In this document: in pieces, positions 39,401 to 49,000 of the stretch
Layout: each line of letters begins with the position of its first letter
Numbering within the stretch: the first letter of the stretch is position 1
From: Bacteroidales bacterium
Lineage (GTDB): Bacteria > Bacteroidota > Bacteroidia > Bacteroidales > DTGW01
Direction: 5' to 3'
Assembly: GCA_035374585.1 (NCBI GenBank)
Contig: DAOSPF010000011.1
Location: 28-64,027 of the forward strand
DNA: 64,000 nucleotides
Made by a program: the position numbers and the translations under genes
Notes under the pieces: generated by a model
The model's input: only the letters and a program-made list of their open reading frames with translations
Told to the model about the DNA's origin: nothing
Databases searched by the model: none

Positions 39401-39724
39401 CTTGTCCGACAAAACGAGCTTATTCAATACGATGCTGACAAAATGCCCATTGGCTCTTTCATTGCCGAAAAAGACTCATTTACCAACCACGATATCTTGC
39501 TACAAGACGGAGATCGGGTATATCTTTTTTCTGATGGTTACCGTGACCAGATGGGTGGCCCTATGCAAAAACGTTTAAAAACGCCTGGATTCAAACAGCT
39601 TATTTTACAAGCTTCTCAAATGCCAATAGTTGAACAACATAAGCATTTTGAAAGTTTTTTTGAAAAATGGAAAGGCGACAACGAACAAATGGACGACATA
39701 CTGGTAATGGGGTTTGGAATATAA
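36413..39724 (+). CDS. periplasmic beta-propeller / Y_Y_Y sensor fused through one TM helix and a coiled coil to a PP2C/SpoIIE serine phosphatase
   Basis: Signal peptide and a long repeat-rich ectodomain. Y_Y_Y-like YQIYIEKLMPGWSAWS...GKWQIQVRAKN, TM WWFYMLCIAALVGVIYLII, and PP2C motifs SGDFYW, DCTGHGVPGG, SDGYRDQ and DDILVMGF. Confidence 0.85.
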   Translation: MKINQLVLRGIALLLLIIAATSLINSQTGLPYISNFTISEEDLTENYSLVQDSQGIIFTANRKGILSFDGEDWQIIKTPDMPTVLAISSATNTIYVGCRNTVGYLSKNSLGKYEFNSLSDHKTGFVSQIIVHNNNVYFLSDSLLLYVTDNSLPSKVVVANNQANKFMCMIPFGSQLFIDIAGKGLFSLKNNKADEKVKNFTLSEQVVFTIPLEKSTIIGASDNKLYFFDGKNVSAFRSQADQILLQGTIIGGKKVTQSVIAIATAYAGCIFIDIKTGKTIYTINTQNGLPDDAIYAIEVDQNNGIWLTHGYGLSRIDINLPVRNFSHYKGLDGKLHAIAMFKSKLYIGSTTGVLVLNEKKIFDVSTRQQTIKPIQPAASGWASDQPQVSAEKRGFWSKLFTKKINPENEKPTNKQPFARSEKSIKIFKQIAERYEYEKVQGINSRCKQLIVYSNHLLAYTTNGLYEISGNSATQILSGNDINYLIPVNDDKALYVCTEKGIKILKDENGKLISSDFEIMQNQPVYSLAKDMFDNYWFGLENKVIKIKVKNGKIKEKKAYNFNSDFRERIIVRISNKKPVFFLSDGVYSIFNDSIQPNLSLSKYINKDSKVYFPAGNHTYINSNNQWIKIEENREVDSTSYQYLGLFSNINQICSDKDSNFWVIDESTNVYMLNAKEIEKYKTDFKAFVKKFFSNLSGQDFALNNVTLERKDNYLKIKIGAPYYIKKGTNQYQIYIEKLMPGWSAWSNNSEFDIPLSPGKWQIQVRAKNILGEISEPRTISFNIKKPFYNSWWFYMLCIAALVGVIYLIIKFRERQLQHEKEVLEEKVRERTREIEKQKEEIELQRNKIIKINNEIIDSIRYAKRIQAAALPSDYIEPSYKLKTFVYYKPKDIVSGDFYWIKQKNDIAMIAAADCTGHGVPGGFLSMLGISFLNELAAIEQKLTAAEYLNMLRVKVKTTLSSKMEDIESKDGMDIAFCIVDVKNKKLQYAGANSPIYLVRQNELIQYDADKMPIGSFIAEKDSFTNHDILLQDGDRVYLFSDGYRDQMGGPMQKRLKTPGFKQLILQASQMPIVEQHKHFESFFEKWKGDNEQMDDILVMGFGI

Positions 39725-39933
39725 TAATATCTAAAACTTAGCTTTGCCGCAACGAAGCTGCGGCAAAATGAGATGTTGCCGAGAAATTAACAAATATTTC
39801 AAACTAATTCATTTTGCTTCTATTCTGAAATTGTCAATCCATTATTATTAACTAAACCTGTTAAAAGATTTCATTTCATTCATCTTGTCAGCGGTTTAAT
39901 AACTTGTACTTTTATGGGTCTAATTCAAAAAGC

Positions 39934-39964
39934 AAAAAAGCCGTCCCCAACGAGACGGCTTTTA
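39934..39964. terminator. bidirectional intrinsic terminator between the PP2C sensor gene and hppA
   Basis: AGCCGTC ... GACGGCT stem flanked by an A-run on one side and a T-run on the other. Confidence 0.7.
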
Positions 39965-39981
39965 ATATATCGTTTCAAGAA

Positions 39982-42423
39982 TTATTTCTCAATACGCATT
40001 TTGTAAAACGAACGCCATACAAAAACAAGGGCAACTGCTATAAATATCAAACCAACATAAGGGGCAGCAGCACGGAAATTTTCGCTAATAGCAATTTCCA
40101 TAGCCAACAAACCAAACAAAGTGGTAAACTTGATAATAGGGTTCATAGCTACAGAAGAAGTATCTTTAAATGGGTCTCCTACTGTGTCGCCTACAACCGT
40201 AGCAGCATGTAATTCGGTACCTTTTGCCTTAAGGTCAACTTCCACTACTTTTTTAGCATTGTCCCATGCTCCACCAGCGTTGGCCATAAATACAGCCTGG
40301 AATAAACCAAATACAGCAATTGCAATAAGATAACTAACAAACAATGAAACAGCAGCAACGCCACCAACACTTTCAGGTGATGATAAACAAGCAATAGCTA
40401 ATGCAAAGAAGAATACAGAAATGAAGATGTTGAACATTCCTTTTTGAGCATATTGTGTACAAATCTTAACTACCTCAGAAGAAGATTTAGCATCAGCTTT
40501 TTTAGGGGCATTAGGATCAAGGTTGATGTGTTCTTTGATGTAAGCCACGGCGCGGAATGCACCTGTTGATACGGCTTGAGTTGAAGCCCCGGTAAACCAG
40601 TAAATAACAGCACCACCAAGGATAAAGCCAAGAATTGTATATGGGTTCAACAAGTTCAAAATAGTTTCAGGCTGAACCCCTAAAGTTTTTTGTATCATTA
40701 ATATCAAAGAGAAGATCATGGTTGTGGCGCCTACTACGGCAGTCCCAATAAGAACAGGTTTAGCAGTAGCTTTAAATGTATTACCGGCACCATCGTTAGC
40801 TTCAAGATAATGTTTAGATTTTTCAAAGTCGGGTTTGAAACCAAAATCCTTTTCAATTTCAGCTCCAACGTTTGGAACCTCTTCAATCAATGAAAGCTCA
40901 TATACAGACTGTGCATTATCGGTTACAGGCCCATAGCTGTCAACAGCAATAGTTACAGGGCCCATGCCAAGTAAACCAAATGCTACAAGGCCAAAAGCAA
41001 AAATTGACGGATAAACCATAATTTCGCTCAATCCTTTTGTGCTCATAAAATATGCTATGAACATCAATACAAAAAACACTACCCCTTTCCAGAAAGCTGA
41101 AAAGTTACCGGCAATAAAACCAGAAAGTATGGTCAATGAAGCCCCACCTTCTTTACCAGACTCAACCACTTCTTGTACGTGTGCTGATTTTGGTGAAGTA
41201 AATATTTTGGTAAACTCAGGAATAAGTGCACCTCCAATAGTACCACAGCTGATAATTGTAGAAAGTATCCACCACATATTGGTGTTACCATTCAAATCGG
41301 GAATCATCACATAACTGGCAGCAAATGTTACAATAATTGACAAAATTGAGGTAATCCATACAAGGTTTGTAAGTGGTTGTTCGAAATCGAGATCATCGAC
41401 ATTTCCGTATTTTGCATTACTTAACATGCCGTTGATATAGTAAGAAACAATTGAAGTAATGATCATCAAAATACGCATAACGAAAATCCAAGTCAGCAGC
41501 TTAACCATTAAACCTGAAGTAACAATTTCGTCCATACCAAGAGCCGAACCACCAACAGCCAGAAGGATGAAAGAGATAAGGGCAACACCGGTTACACCGT
41601 AAGTTTCAAAACCATCAGCAGTAGGACCAACACTATCGCCGGCATTGTCACCGGTACAGTCAGCAATAACACCAGGATTACGTGGGTCGTCTTCGCCAAT
41701 TTTGAAAACTACTTTCATCAGGTCAGAACCGATATCGGCAATTTTGGTAAAGATACCACCGGCAATACGAAGAGCAGAAGCTCCGAGAGATTCACCAATA
41801 GCAAAACCAATAAAGCAAGCACCAGCCAAATGACCAGGCATAAGTAAAAGAATGATAAGCATCATGATAAGCTCAATACAAATAAGCATAACACCAATGC
41901 TCATACCTGCAGTAAGAGGTATATTAAGAAGTTTCAGGGGCTTCTTTTCTAATGAAGCAAAAGCCATGCGGGCGTTTGCCAAAGTATTCATACGGATACC
42001 AAAAGCAGCTACGCTATATGAACCCAAAATACCAATAATAGTCCAGGCAAGGATAAGCAATACACCTCCAAAACCAAACAGCGAATGGCCTTCATGGTCT
42101 TTGGCCAAAAAACCAAAATAACCTGCAACAGCAGCGCCAATGAAAATGAAAAGAATGGCTAAAAACTTACCTTGTTGCTTAAGGTAGGTCGAACAAGTTT
42201 TGTAAATCACTTCAGACACGTCGAGCATAGCCTGATGTGCAGGAAGTTTTTTAACTTTCATAAACTGATAAAGGCCAAAAAGCAAACCAAGTGCGCAAAC
42301 AACGAATCCGGCATACAAAATACCTTCACTTTTTATAGCTTCGGGTACTTTCAAATCAGCTTCACTCGCCATTGCCAGCATAGGCATTGCCATAGCTGTC
42401 AAAATTGATAGTAACTTTTTCAT
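39982..42423 (-). CDS. hppA: membrane-bound ion-translocating pyrophosphatase
   Basis: Motifs GDNAGDSVGP, AGGAWDNAKK and VGDTVGDPFKDTSSVAMNPIIK. 813 aa, multi-pass. Confidence 0.95.
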   Translation of the reverse strand: MKKLLSILTAMAMPMLAMASEADLKVPEAIKSEGILYAGFVVCALGLLFGLYQFMKVKKLPAHQAMLDVSEVIYKTCSTYLKQQGKFLAILFIFIGAAVAGYFGFLAKDHEGHSLFGFGGVLLILAWTIIGILGSYSVAAFGIRMNTLANARMAFASLEKKPLKLLNIPLTAGMSIGVMLICIELIMMLIILLLMPGHLAGACFIGFAIGESLGASALRIAGGIFTKIADIGSDLMKVVFKIGEDDPRNPGVIADCTGDNAGDSVGPTADGFETYGVTGVALISFILLAVGGSALGMDEIVTSGLMVKLLTWIFVMRILMIITSIVSYYINGMLSNAKYGNVDDLDFEQPLTNLVWITSILSIIVTFAASYVMIPDLNGNTNMWWILSTIISCGTIGGALIPEFTKIFTSPKSAHVQEVVESGKEGGASLTILSGFIAGNFSAFWKGVVFFVLMFIAYFMSTKGLSEIMVYPSIFAFGLVAFGLLGMGPVTIAVDSYGPVTDNAQSVYELSLIEEVPNVGAEIEKDFGFKPDFEKSKHYLEANDGAGNTFKATAKPVLIGTAVVGATTMIFSLILMIQKTLGVQPETILNLLNPYTILGFILGGAVIYWFTGASTQAVSTGAFRAVAYIKEHINLDPNAPKKADAKSSSEVVKICTQYAQKGMFNIFISVFFFALAIACLSSPESVGGVAAVSLFVSYLIAIAVFGLFQAVFMANAGGAWDNAKKVVEVDLKAKGTELHAATVVGDTVGDPFKDTSSVAMNPIIKFTTLFGLLAMEIAISENFRAAAPYVGLIFIAVALVFVWRSFYKMRIEK

Positions 42424-42472
42424 AATGAACTGTTTGTATTAGTGTGAATAATTATAATTTTTTTAGGACACA

Positions 42473-42505
42473 CAAATTTATAAATAGTTGTAACATATTA
42501 AACTA
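42473..42505 (-). promoter_or_regulatory. candidate hppA promoter (-7 box TAAATTTG on the minus strand)
   Basis: The minus strand reads TTTA-N18-TAAATTTG about 45 nt upstream of the ATG. Confidence 0.4.
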
Positions 42506-42731
42506 AATCGGTTATAAATTTTACTGTAGAACCCAATAAATTCAATATTTATTTAACTTGCTGATTTTGAACTAATCGTAAATACACCAATCGGAACATC
42601 ATATCACTGTTTATACCGTTCAACCCCTTTTTTACGCCATTCACCGAAAAACAATTTCACAATTTACAACTTACCTTTTTTTTTGCAGCTAAATACAAAA
42701 TATACGCAGAAAACTTTTAACATATTTTTAG

Positions 42732-42762
42732 TTTCCGGTGTTTATTTAGAAATTTACTTTTG
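42732..42762 (+). promoter_or_regulatory. candidate tetR-operon promoter (TTTC-N19-TACTTTTG)
   Basis: TACTTTTG at 42755-42762 matches TAnnTTTG, with a 19-nt spacer from TTTC. Confidence 0.45.
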
Positions 42763-42780
42763 CGCCAAATTTTTGACTTG

Positions 42781-43401
42781 ATGAATGAAGAGCTAAAACA
42801 GATTATTGAGAAAGTACAAGCGCTGTATTTCAAGTATGGCATCAAAAGTGTGACTATGGACGATGTGGCCCGCGAACTTGGCATGTCGAAAAAGACCCTG
42901 TACCAGCACGTCAGCGACAAAAATGATTTGGTACAAAAGGTGGTAAACTATGTCATGGAACGAGACCATGATGAATTTGACGAAATTTTTGAAAACCACA
43001 AAAATGCTATTGAAGAGCTTATTGAAATGACGCTTTACATTAATAAAGTGATGAAAAACCACAATCCTTCAACCATATATGACCTGAAAAAGTACTATCC
43101 CAACTTATACAAGGTAATGATGGAAAAACGGCGTGACAAAATGTTTCAACACACCATTAATAACCTGAAAAAAGGAAAAGAACAAGGGATATATCGTACC
43201 GAAATAAAAGAAGATATAATTGCTAAATATACCACCATATTAACCTTTCAAACCTTTGAAAATGACACTCTTGACATGAACGAATTTACTTCACCAGACT
43301 TTTTCAACGAAGTATTCAGTTACCATATTAGAGGTATTGCAAATGCAAAAGGTCTTGAAATATTGGAACATAACTTGAATAAAATTACAGAAAACAAGTA
43401 A
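42781..43401 (+). CDS. TetR/AcrR family transcriptional regulator
   Basis: N-terminal HTH (SVTMDDVARELGMSKKTLYQHV). The ATG at 42781 was chosen because the TTG at 42760 lies inside the predicted -7 box. Confidence 0.88.
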   Translation: MNEELKQIIEKVQALYFKYGIKSVTMDDVARELGMSKKTLYQHVSDKNDLVQKVVNYVMERDHDEFDEIFENHKNAIEELIEMTLYINKVMKNHNPSTIYDLKKYYPNLYKVMMEKRRDKMFQHTINNLKKGKEQGIYRTEIKEDIIAKYTTILTFQTFENDTLDMNEFTSPDFFNEVFSYHIRGIANAKGLEILEHNLNKITENK

Positions 43402-43419
43402 CAAGATAAATAGATATAT

Positions 43420-43518
43420 ATGAAACGAGCATGTTTAGATGCAATCAAAAACTCGAATGAATCCCGATTAGTCGGGACGAGTTCTATCCGACATTTAAAA
43501 AATAAATTAGTTCGGATA
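43420..43518 (+). repeat. leader cassette copy B (ATGAAACGAGCATGT...), upstream of or fused to the TolC gene
   Basis: ATGAAACGAGCATGTTTAGATG...TCCCGATTAGTCGGGACGAGTT...TATCCGAC-N23-ATA AAA. ATA lies at +96 from the box start. Confidence 0.6.
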
Positions 43519-44841
43519 AAAGAAAAGAAATTATTATTAAGTGTGCTTTTCATCTGTCTGACCTTGCAGACCTTTGCCTCAGGCGGTGCAGACAGCTCAA
43601 TGCAGTTTTCGTTGGAGCAGGCCAAGCAATATGCTCTGGAAAACAGCCCTCTTGTAAAAAGTGCTGCATTAGATCTTGAAGCTGCCAAAAAGAAAATTTG
43701 GGAAACCACAGCTATAGGGCTTCCGCAGGCCAGTGCAAAATATTCATACAGTTATATCCTGACATTGCCAGAGATATACAAGCAATTTGCACAAATGGGA
43801 GGTGGTGGCGAAGCAAACCTCGATGATATGAAATCCTCATCTACGCTTGATATCACTGTCAGTCAACTGCTTTTTAGCGGTGCATATCTTGTTGGATTGC
43901 AAACATCAAGGGTTTACAAAGGTTTGTCCGAGCTATCCCTTACTAAATCAAAAAATGACCTTAACGAATCAGTTACCAACGCGTATTTATTGGTTCTCAT
44001 AGCTAAAGAAAATAAAAAAATACTGGATACAATGTACAACAATATGAATGCCTTGCTTGAAACTATTAAAGCAATGAATTCAAAAGGATTTGTAGAAGAA
44101 ACAGATGTAGACCAATTTCAAATTACAGTAAACACAGTAAAAAACAACCTTGAGTTAGTAACCAATCAGGTATTGATTGCCGAAAGAATGCTCAAATATC
44201 AACTTGGCTATCCGTTTGAATCTGCTATTACGTTGACCGACAGCATCAATGGATTTGTAAACAACATCAACATCAATACTATACTGGCAGAACCTTTTCA
44301 GGTTGAAAACAATGTTGATTACAAGTTAGTTGAAACCCAAACAAAGCTGATGAAATTGAACCTAAAATTGAACAAATCAGAGTTTTTGCCAGACATTGCA
44401 GCTTTTTATCAACATGACAAAAACTTCAACGATAAAGCCGTTTCGTTTACTCCTCCCGATTTAGTCGGATTAACAATAAACATTCCGATTTTTAGCAGTG
44501 GACAACGTTTGGCCAAAGTTAGCCAGGCCCGTATCTCTTACGAAAAAGCCAAAATATCGCAAGACCAGACAGCCAAAGGTTTAAAAATACAGTTTGAAGA
44601 CAACAAAGCCAAGTACATCAATGCTTTGGGTAATTATGAATCGTCAAAAAGCAACTACGCTTTAGCCGAAAAAATATACAATCGGTCAATAACCAAATAC
44701 AAAGCCGGGATGATCTCAAGCAGCGATTTGACGCAAGTACAAAACCAATATTTACAGGCACAAACAAACTATTTCAGTGCTATACTGGATTTAACCTCGG
44801 CCAAGTCAAAGATTGAAAACCTTATTTCAACAGTAAAATAA
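43420..44841 (+). CDS. TolC family outer-membrane efflux protein
   Basis: Two-repeat OEP architecture at the head of an MFP-RND operon. The signal peptide (KKLLLSVLFICLTLQTFA) begins about 33 codons after the only in-frame ATG, so the start is uncertain. Confidence 0.88.
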   Translation: MKRACLDAIKNSNESRLVGTSSIRHLKNKLVRIKEKKLLLSVLFICLTLQTFASGGADSSMQFSLEQAKQYALENSPLVKSAALDLEAAKKKIWETTAIGLPQASAKYSYSYILTLPEIYKQFAQMGGGGEANLDDMKSSSTLDITVSQLLFSGAYLVGLQTSRVYKGLSELSLTKSKNDLNESVTNAYLLVLIAKENKKILDTMYNNMNALLETIKAMNSKGFVEETDVDQFQITVNTVKNNLELVTNQVLIAERMLKYQLGYPFESAITLTDSINGFVNNININTILAEPFQVENNVDYKLVETQTKLMKLNLKLNKSEFLPDIAAFYQHDKNFNDKAVSFTPPDLVGLTINIPIFSSGQRLAKVSQARISYEKAKISQDQTAKGLKIQFEDNKAKYINALGNYESSKSNYALAEKIYNRSITKYKAGMISSSDLTQVQNQYLQAQTNYFSAILDLTSAKSKIENLISTVK

Positions 44842-44861
44842 AATTTTAAAAAATAAATATC

Positions 44862-45959
44862 ATGAAGACCAAATTATTAAGTTTAGCATTCATCCTCGTT
44901 TTGGTTTCTTGTGGCAAAACAGATAAAAAGGCTGAAATAGCCAAGCTCAGAAAGCAACAAGCTGAGCTGGCCGAGCAAATTAAGAGACTCGAAGCTGAAG
45001 TAGCAGGAGATTCAACCAATGTAGCCAAAGGAACACGTGTAGGCATTACCGATGTTGCATACCAGGACTTTATCCACTGTATCGAGATACAAGGCAAAGT
45101 AGATGGCGATGAAAGTGTTGATGTATTTGCCGAAGGCACTGGTGGCATTATCAAGCAAATACTGGTAAAAGAAGGGCAATATGTTACCAAAGGCCAGGTT
45201 TTGGCCACTATTGACGACAAAATATACCAGGTTCAGCTCAAATCAAACGAGGCAAACCTCGAATATGTCAACTCCCTTTATGAAAAACAAAAAGCATTGT
45301 GGGACCAAAAGATTGGCAGCGAAGTTCAATACCTCGATATTAAAAACAAAAAAGAAAGCCTTGAAAGTGCTGTTGAAACCATTAAAGAACAAATCAACAT
45401 GTGCAAAATCAAAGCCCCTATTAATGGAACTGTTGAAGGTATAACAATAAAAATTGGTCAACTGGTAGGCCCCGCAATACCTGCTTTCAGGGTTGTAAAC
45501 CTCTCTACATTGAAAATTACAGCAGAAGTGGCCGAAGGGTATTCAAGTAAAGTCCGAAAAGGGGACAAAGTATCAATTTATTTGCCTGACATGAAAAAAG
45601 AATTTAACGGCAATGTTGACTTTGACAGCAAATACATCAGCCCTGTCAACAGGACTTTCACTGTCAATGTGCGTATCCCTTCAAATGACAAAGACATAAA
45701 AGCAAACATGGTAGCTGTTGTCCGTATTACTGATTATCACAACCCTAAAGCTATTGTTGTCCCATTAAACGTTGTACAAAGCGACCTCAACGGCCAGTAT
45801 GTTTTTGTAGCACAAAATAAAACTGCAAAAAAAGTACATATTACCACAGGTGAAATTTATGCCGGGAACATTGAAATAAAAAGCGGGCTAAACATAGGAG
45901 ATAAGGTTATTACTGTGGGATACCAGGAATTGGAAGACGGACAGGCTATCAATTTTTAA
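44862..45959 (+). CDS. efflux RND periplasmic adaptor (MFP/HlyD family) lipoprotein
   Basis: Lipobox LVSCG, then coiled-coil, lipoyl and beta-barrel layout. Confidence 0.9.
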   Translation: MKTKLLSLAFILVLVSCGKTDKKAEIAKLRKQQAELAEQIKRLEAEVAGDSTNVAKGTRVGITDVAYQDFIHCIEIQGKVDGDESVDVFAEGTGGIIKQILVKEGQYVTKGQVLATIDDKIYQVQLKSNEANLEYVNSLYEKQKALWDQKIGSEVQYLDIKNKKESLESAVETIKEQINMCKIKAPINGTVEGITIKIGQLVGPAIPAFRVVNLSTLKITAEVAEGYSSKVRKGDKVSIYLPDMKKEFNGNVDFDSKYISPVNRTFTVNVRIPSNDKDIKANMVAVVRITDYHNPKAIVVPLNVVQSDLNGQYVFVAQNKTAKKVHITTGEIYAGNIEIKSGLNIGDKVITVGYQELEDGQAINF

Positions 45960-46041
45960 GCCCATGTTTTTGTAAAATATAAATTGACAAATAAAGCCTT
46001 AACCCAGGCCAATAACCAGGCAAGACATTAAAAATTTTTAT

Positions 46042-49000
46042 ATGGAAAAACTAAAATTCAAAGAGTTTAAGCCAACAAGCTGGAGTATTGATAATAAAAC
46101 CAGTATTTATGTGCTTACCTTTATTATCGCGGTATTTGGTTTGATAAACTATAATACCATTCCTAAAGAACAATTCCCCGAAATTGTAATTCCACAAATC
46201 ATTGTAAGTACAGTTTACCCGGGCACCTCTCCGGCAGATATAGAGAACCTTATCACCAGGCCGCTGGAAAAGAACATGAAGTCAATAAACGGGGTAAAAA
46301 AAATTACCAGTAAATCTGTACAAGACTATTCTCTTATCATTGCAGAGTTTAACACAGATGTAAAAGTTGCCGATGCCAAGCAAAAAGTAAAAGACGCAGT
46401 GGACAAAACAAAAAAGGACTTACCCAGCAACCTGTTGGAAGACCCTTTTGTGCAAGAAATAGACTTGTCAGATATCCCTATCATGTACCTCAACATCTCG
46501 GGCAATTACGACCTGGCCAAGCTGAAAAAATTTGCTGAAGACCTTCAGGACCGCATTGAATCGTTCCCGGAAATAACCCGCGTGGACATTGTAGGAGCAC
46601 TTGACAGAGAAATCCAGATAAATGTTGATATGTATAAAATGCAAGCTGCAAAAATTACATTTTATCAAATAACTCAAGCTATAGGCAACGAAAACATGAC
46701 TATTCCCGGAGGTACCATCAACATGCAAAACATGACCCGCAGTATCAGGGTTGTAGGTGAGTATAAAAATATAGACCAAATCAAAAATACTGTACTTATT
46801 TCAAATAGCGGCGCTATTGTCTATTTAAAAGACATAGCCGAGATAAAAGACGGTTTTAAAGACCAGGAAAGCTATTCGCGTTTCAATGGCAAAAATGTCA
46901 TTACGCTCAATGTAATCAAAAAAAGTGGAAAAAACTTACTCGACGCTTCTGATAAAATAGAAGCGGCCATTGCCGAATTTAAGGAAAACAAATTTCCGTC
47001 AGACCTCGAAGTCAGCATCACCGGAAACCAGGCAAAATTCACACGCAGTATCCTTACCGAGCTCAACAACACCATTATCATAGGTTTTATACTGGTCACC
47101 ATTGTGCTCATGTTTTTCATGGGTGTTACAAACGCTATATTTGTGGGCTTGTCAGTACCATTGTCGATGGCTTTGGCCTATATTTTCATGCCCTGGATAG
47201 ACTTTACCATGAACATGCTGGTAATGTTTTCGTTCATCTTTGCCCTTGGCATTGTGGTTGACGATGCTATTGTGGTTATCGAAAACACACATCGGATATT
47301 TAAGAAAGAGAATGGCCGGATGACTATTAAAGAAGCTGCCAAAAACGCAGCCGGCGAGGTGTTTTTACCAGTATTGTCCGGAACATTGACCACCCTGGCC
47401 CCATTTTTCCCATTAGCTTTTTGGCCGGGAGTAGTAGGGTCTTTCATGTTCTACATACCGGTAACTATTATTATTACTTTGTTTGCTTCACTATTAGTGG
47501 CATATATTATCAACCCCGTGTTTGCGGTTGACTTTATGAAACATGACGAAGACCACACTGTAAAACTACACCAAAAGAAGGCCTACAAAAACGGAGCAAT
47601 TATTATTGCCATTGCAGCTTTCTTCTACATCGTAGGTGGCTTCAAATATGGTTCAACCATGTTTGGCATAGGTACATTCCTTGTCCTGGTTGCCATATTG
47701 TACGTAGGGCACAATACTTTCTGGTACAAAATAATCCATAAGTTCCAAAACAGGGTAATTCCCGGATTAATGTCACGTTACGACCGCATCCTGCGCTGGG
47801 CTATTGAAGGCAAAAGACCTTACAAACTGCTATGGGGGACATTTATTCTACTAATTGTTTCTTTCATTTTAACAGCAATAGCAGGGCCAAAAGTTGTATT
47901 TTTCCCTGAAGAAACCCCAAAAACCATTATGGTTTATGCCAAATTGCCAGTTGGGACAAGGGTTGAATATACCGACTCGATTGCTAAAGAGATTGAAAAA
48001 CGTGTTAACACTGTTCTTGGAGCAACAAACCCCGATGTTGAATCAATAGTAACAAACGTAGCTTTTGGCGCATCCGATGACATGTTTGATGGAGGCATTG
48101 TAACATCCAACAAAGCCAAGATAGCTATCAACTTTGTCGAATACAACAAGCGTACAGTGAATTACAACACCATGGTTTATATGAACCCGCTGCGTGAAGC
48201 CATGAAAGATATTGCCGGCGCTGAAATTACCGTTGACAAAAACCAGGATGGCCCTCCTACCGGAAAACCTATCAACATTGAAATCTCGGCTGAAGACCTT
48301 GACGAGTTGATTACTACAACAGACAGGTTTATACGCTTTCTCGATTCAATCAATATCCCGGGTATTGAAAAATATAAAACTGATTTTCAAAAAACTAAAC
48401 CCGAAATTATTGTTGACATTGACCGTTTACGGGCTAACCATGAAGGTATATCATCTGCGCAGGTAGGCTCAGCGATAAATACAGCAGTTCTAGGAACTGA
48501 AACGTCTAAATTCAGGGATGGAGAAGACCAATACCCAATCCAACTCCGCTTTAGCAAAGCGCAACGTGAAGATGTTGACAAGTTGATAAATATGGAAATC
48601 ACCTACCGCGATATGAATTCCGGAATGCTCCGCTCTATACCGCTTTCATCGTTAGCAATTGTAAAATACCAGAATTCAGTTGGAGGTATTAACCGTACAG
48701 ATTTAAAACGAGTTATTACTGTTACATCTAACGTTCTCGACGGGTACAATGCCAATGAAATTGTGGCAAAAATTAGAAAAGCCATTCCAGAATTTCAAAA
48801 ATCTGATAAAATAGACATCAAGCTTACCGGAGAGCAGGAAGACCAGGCAGAAACTATGGCTTTCTTGTCAAAAGCCATGATATTGGCACTTTTCTTAATA
48901 TTGTTTATCCTTATTACCCAGTTTAACTCATTTGGTAAAACAGCCATAATCCTTAGTGAAGTTATTTTCAGCATAATTGGGGTACTTCTCGGCTTTACCA

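Noticed and set aside
39743-39767. Hairpin TTTGCCGC...GCGGCAAA right after the PP2C sensor gene
   Set aside because: No T-run follows it on the plus strand. The stronger bidirectional terminator at 39934-39964 is the likelier functional element. Kept only as a possible RNA-stabilising stem.
43320-43709. 129-aa minus-strand ORF spanning the tetR/tolC junction
   Set aside because: It crosses two well-supported plus-strand genes and leader copy B. No supporting motif.
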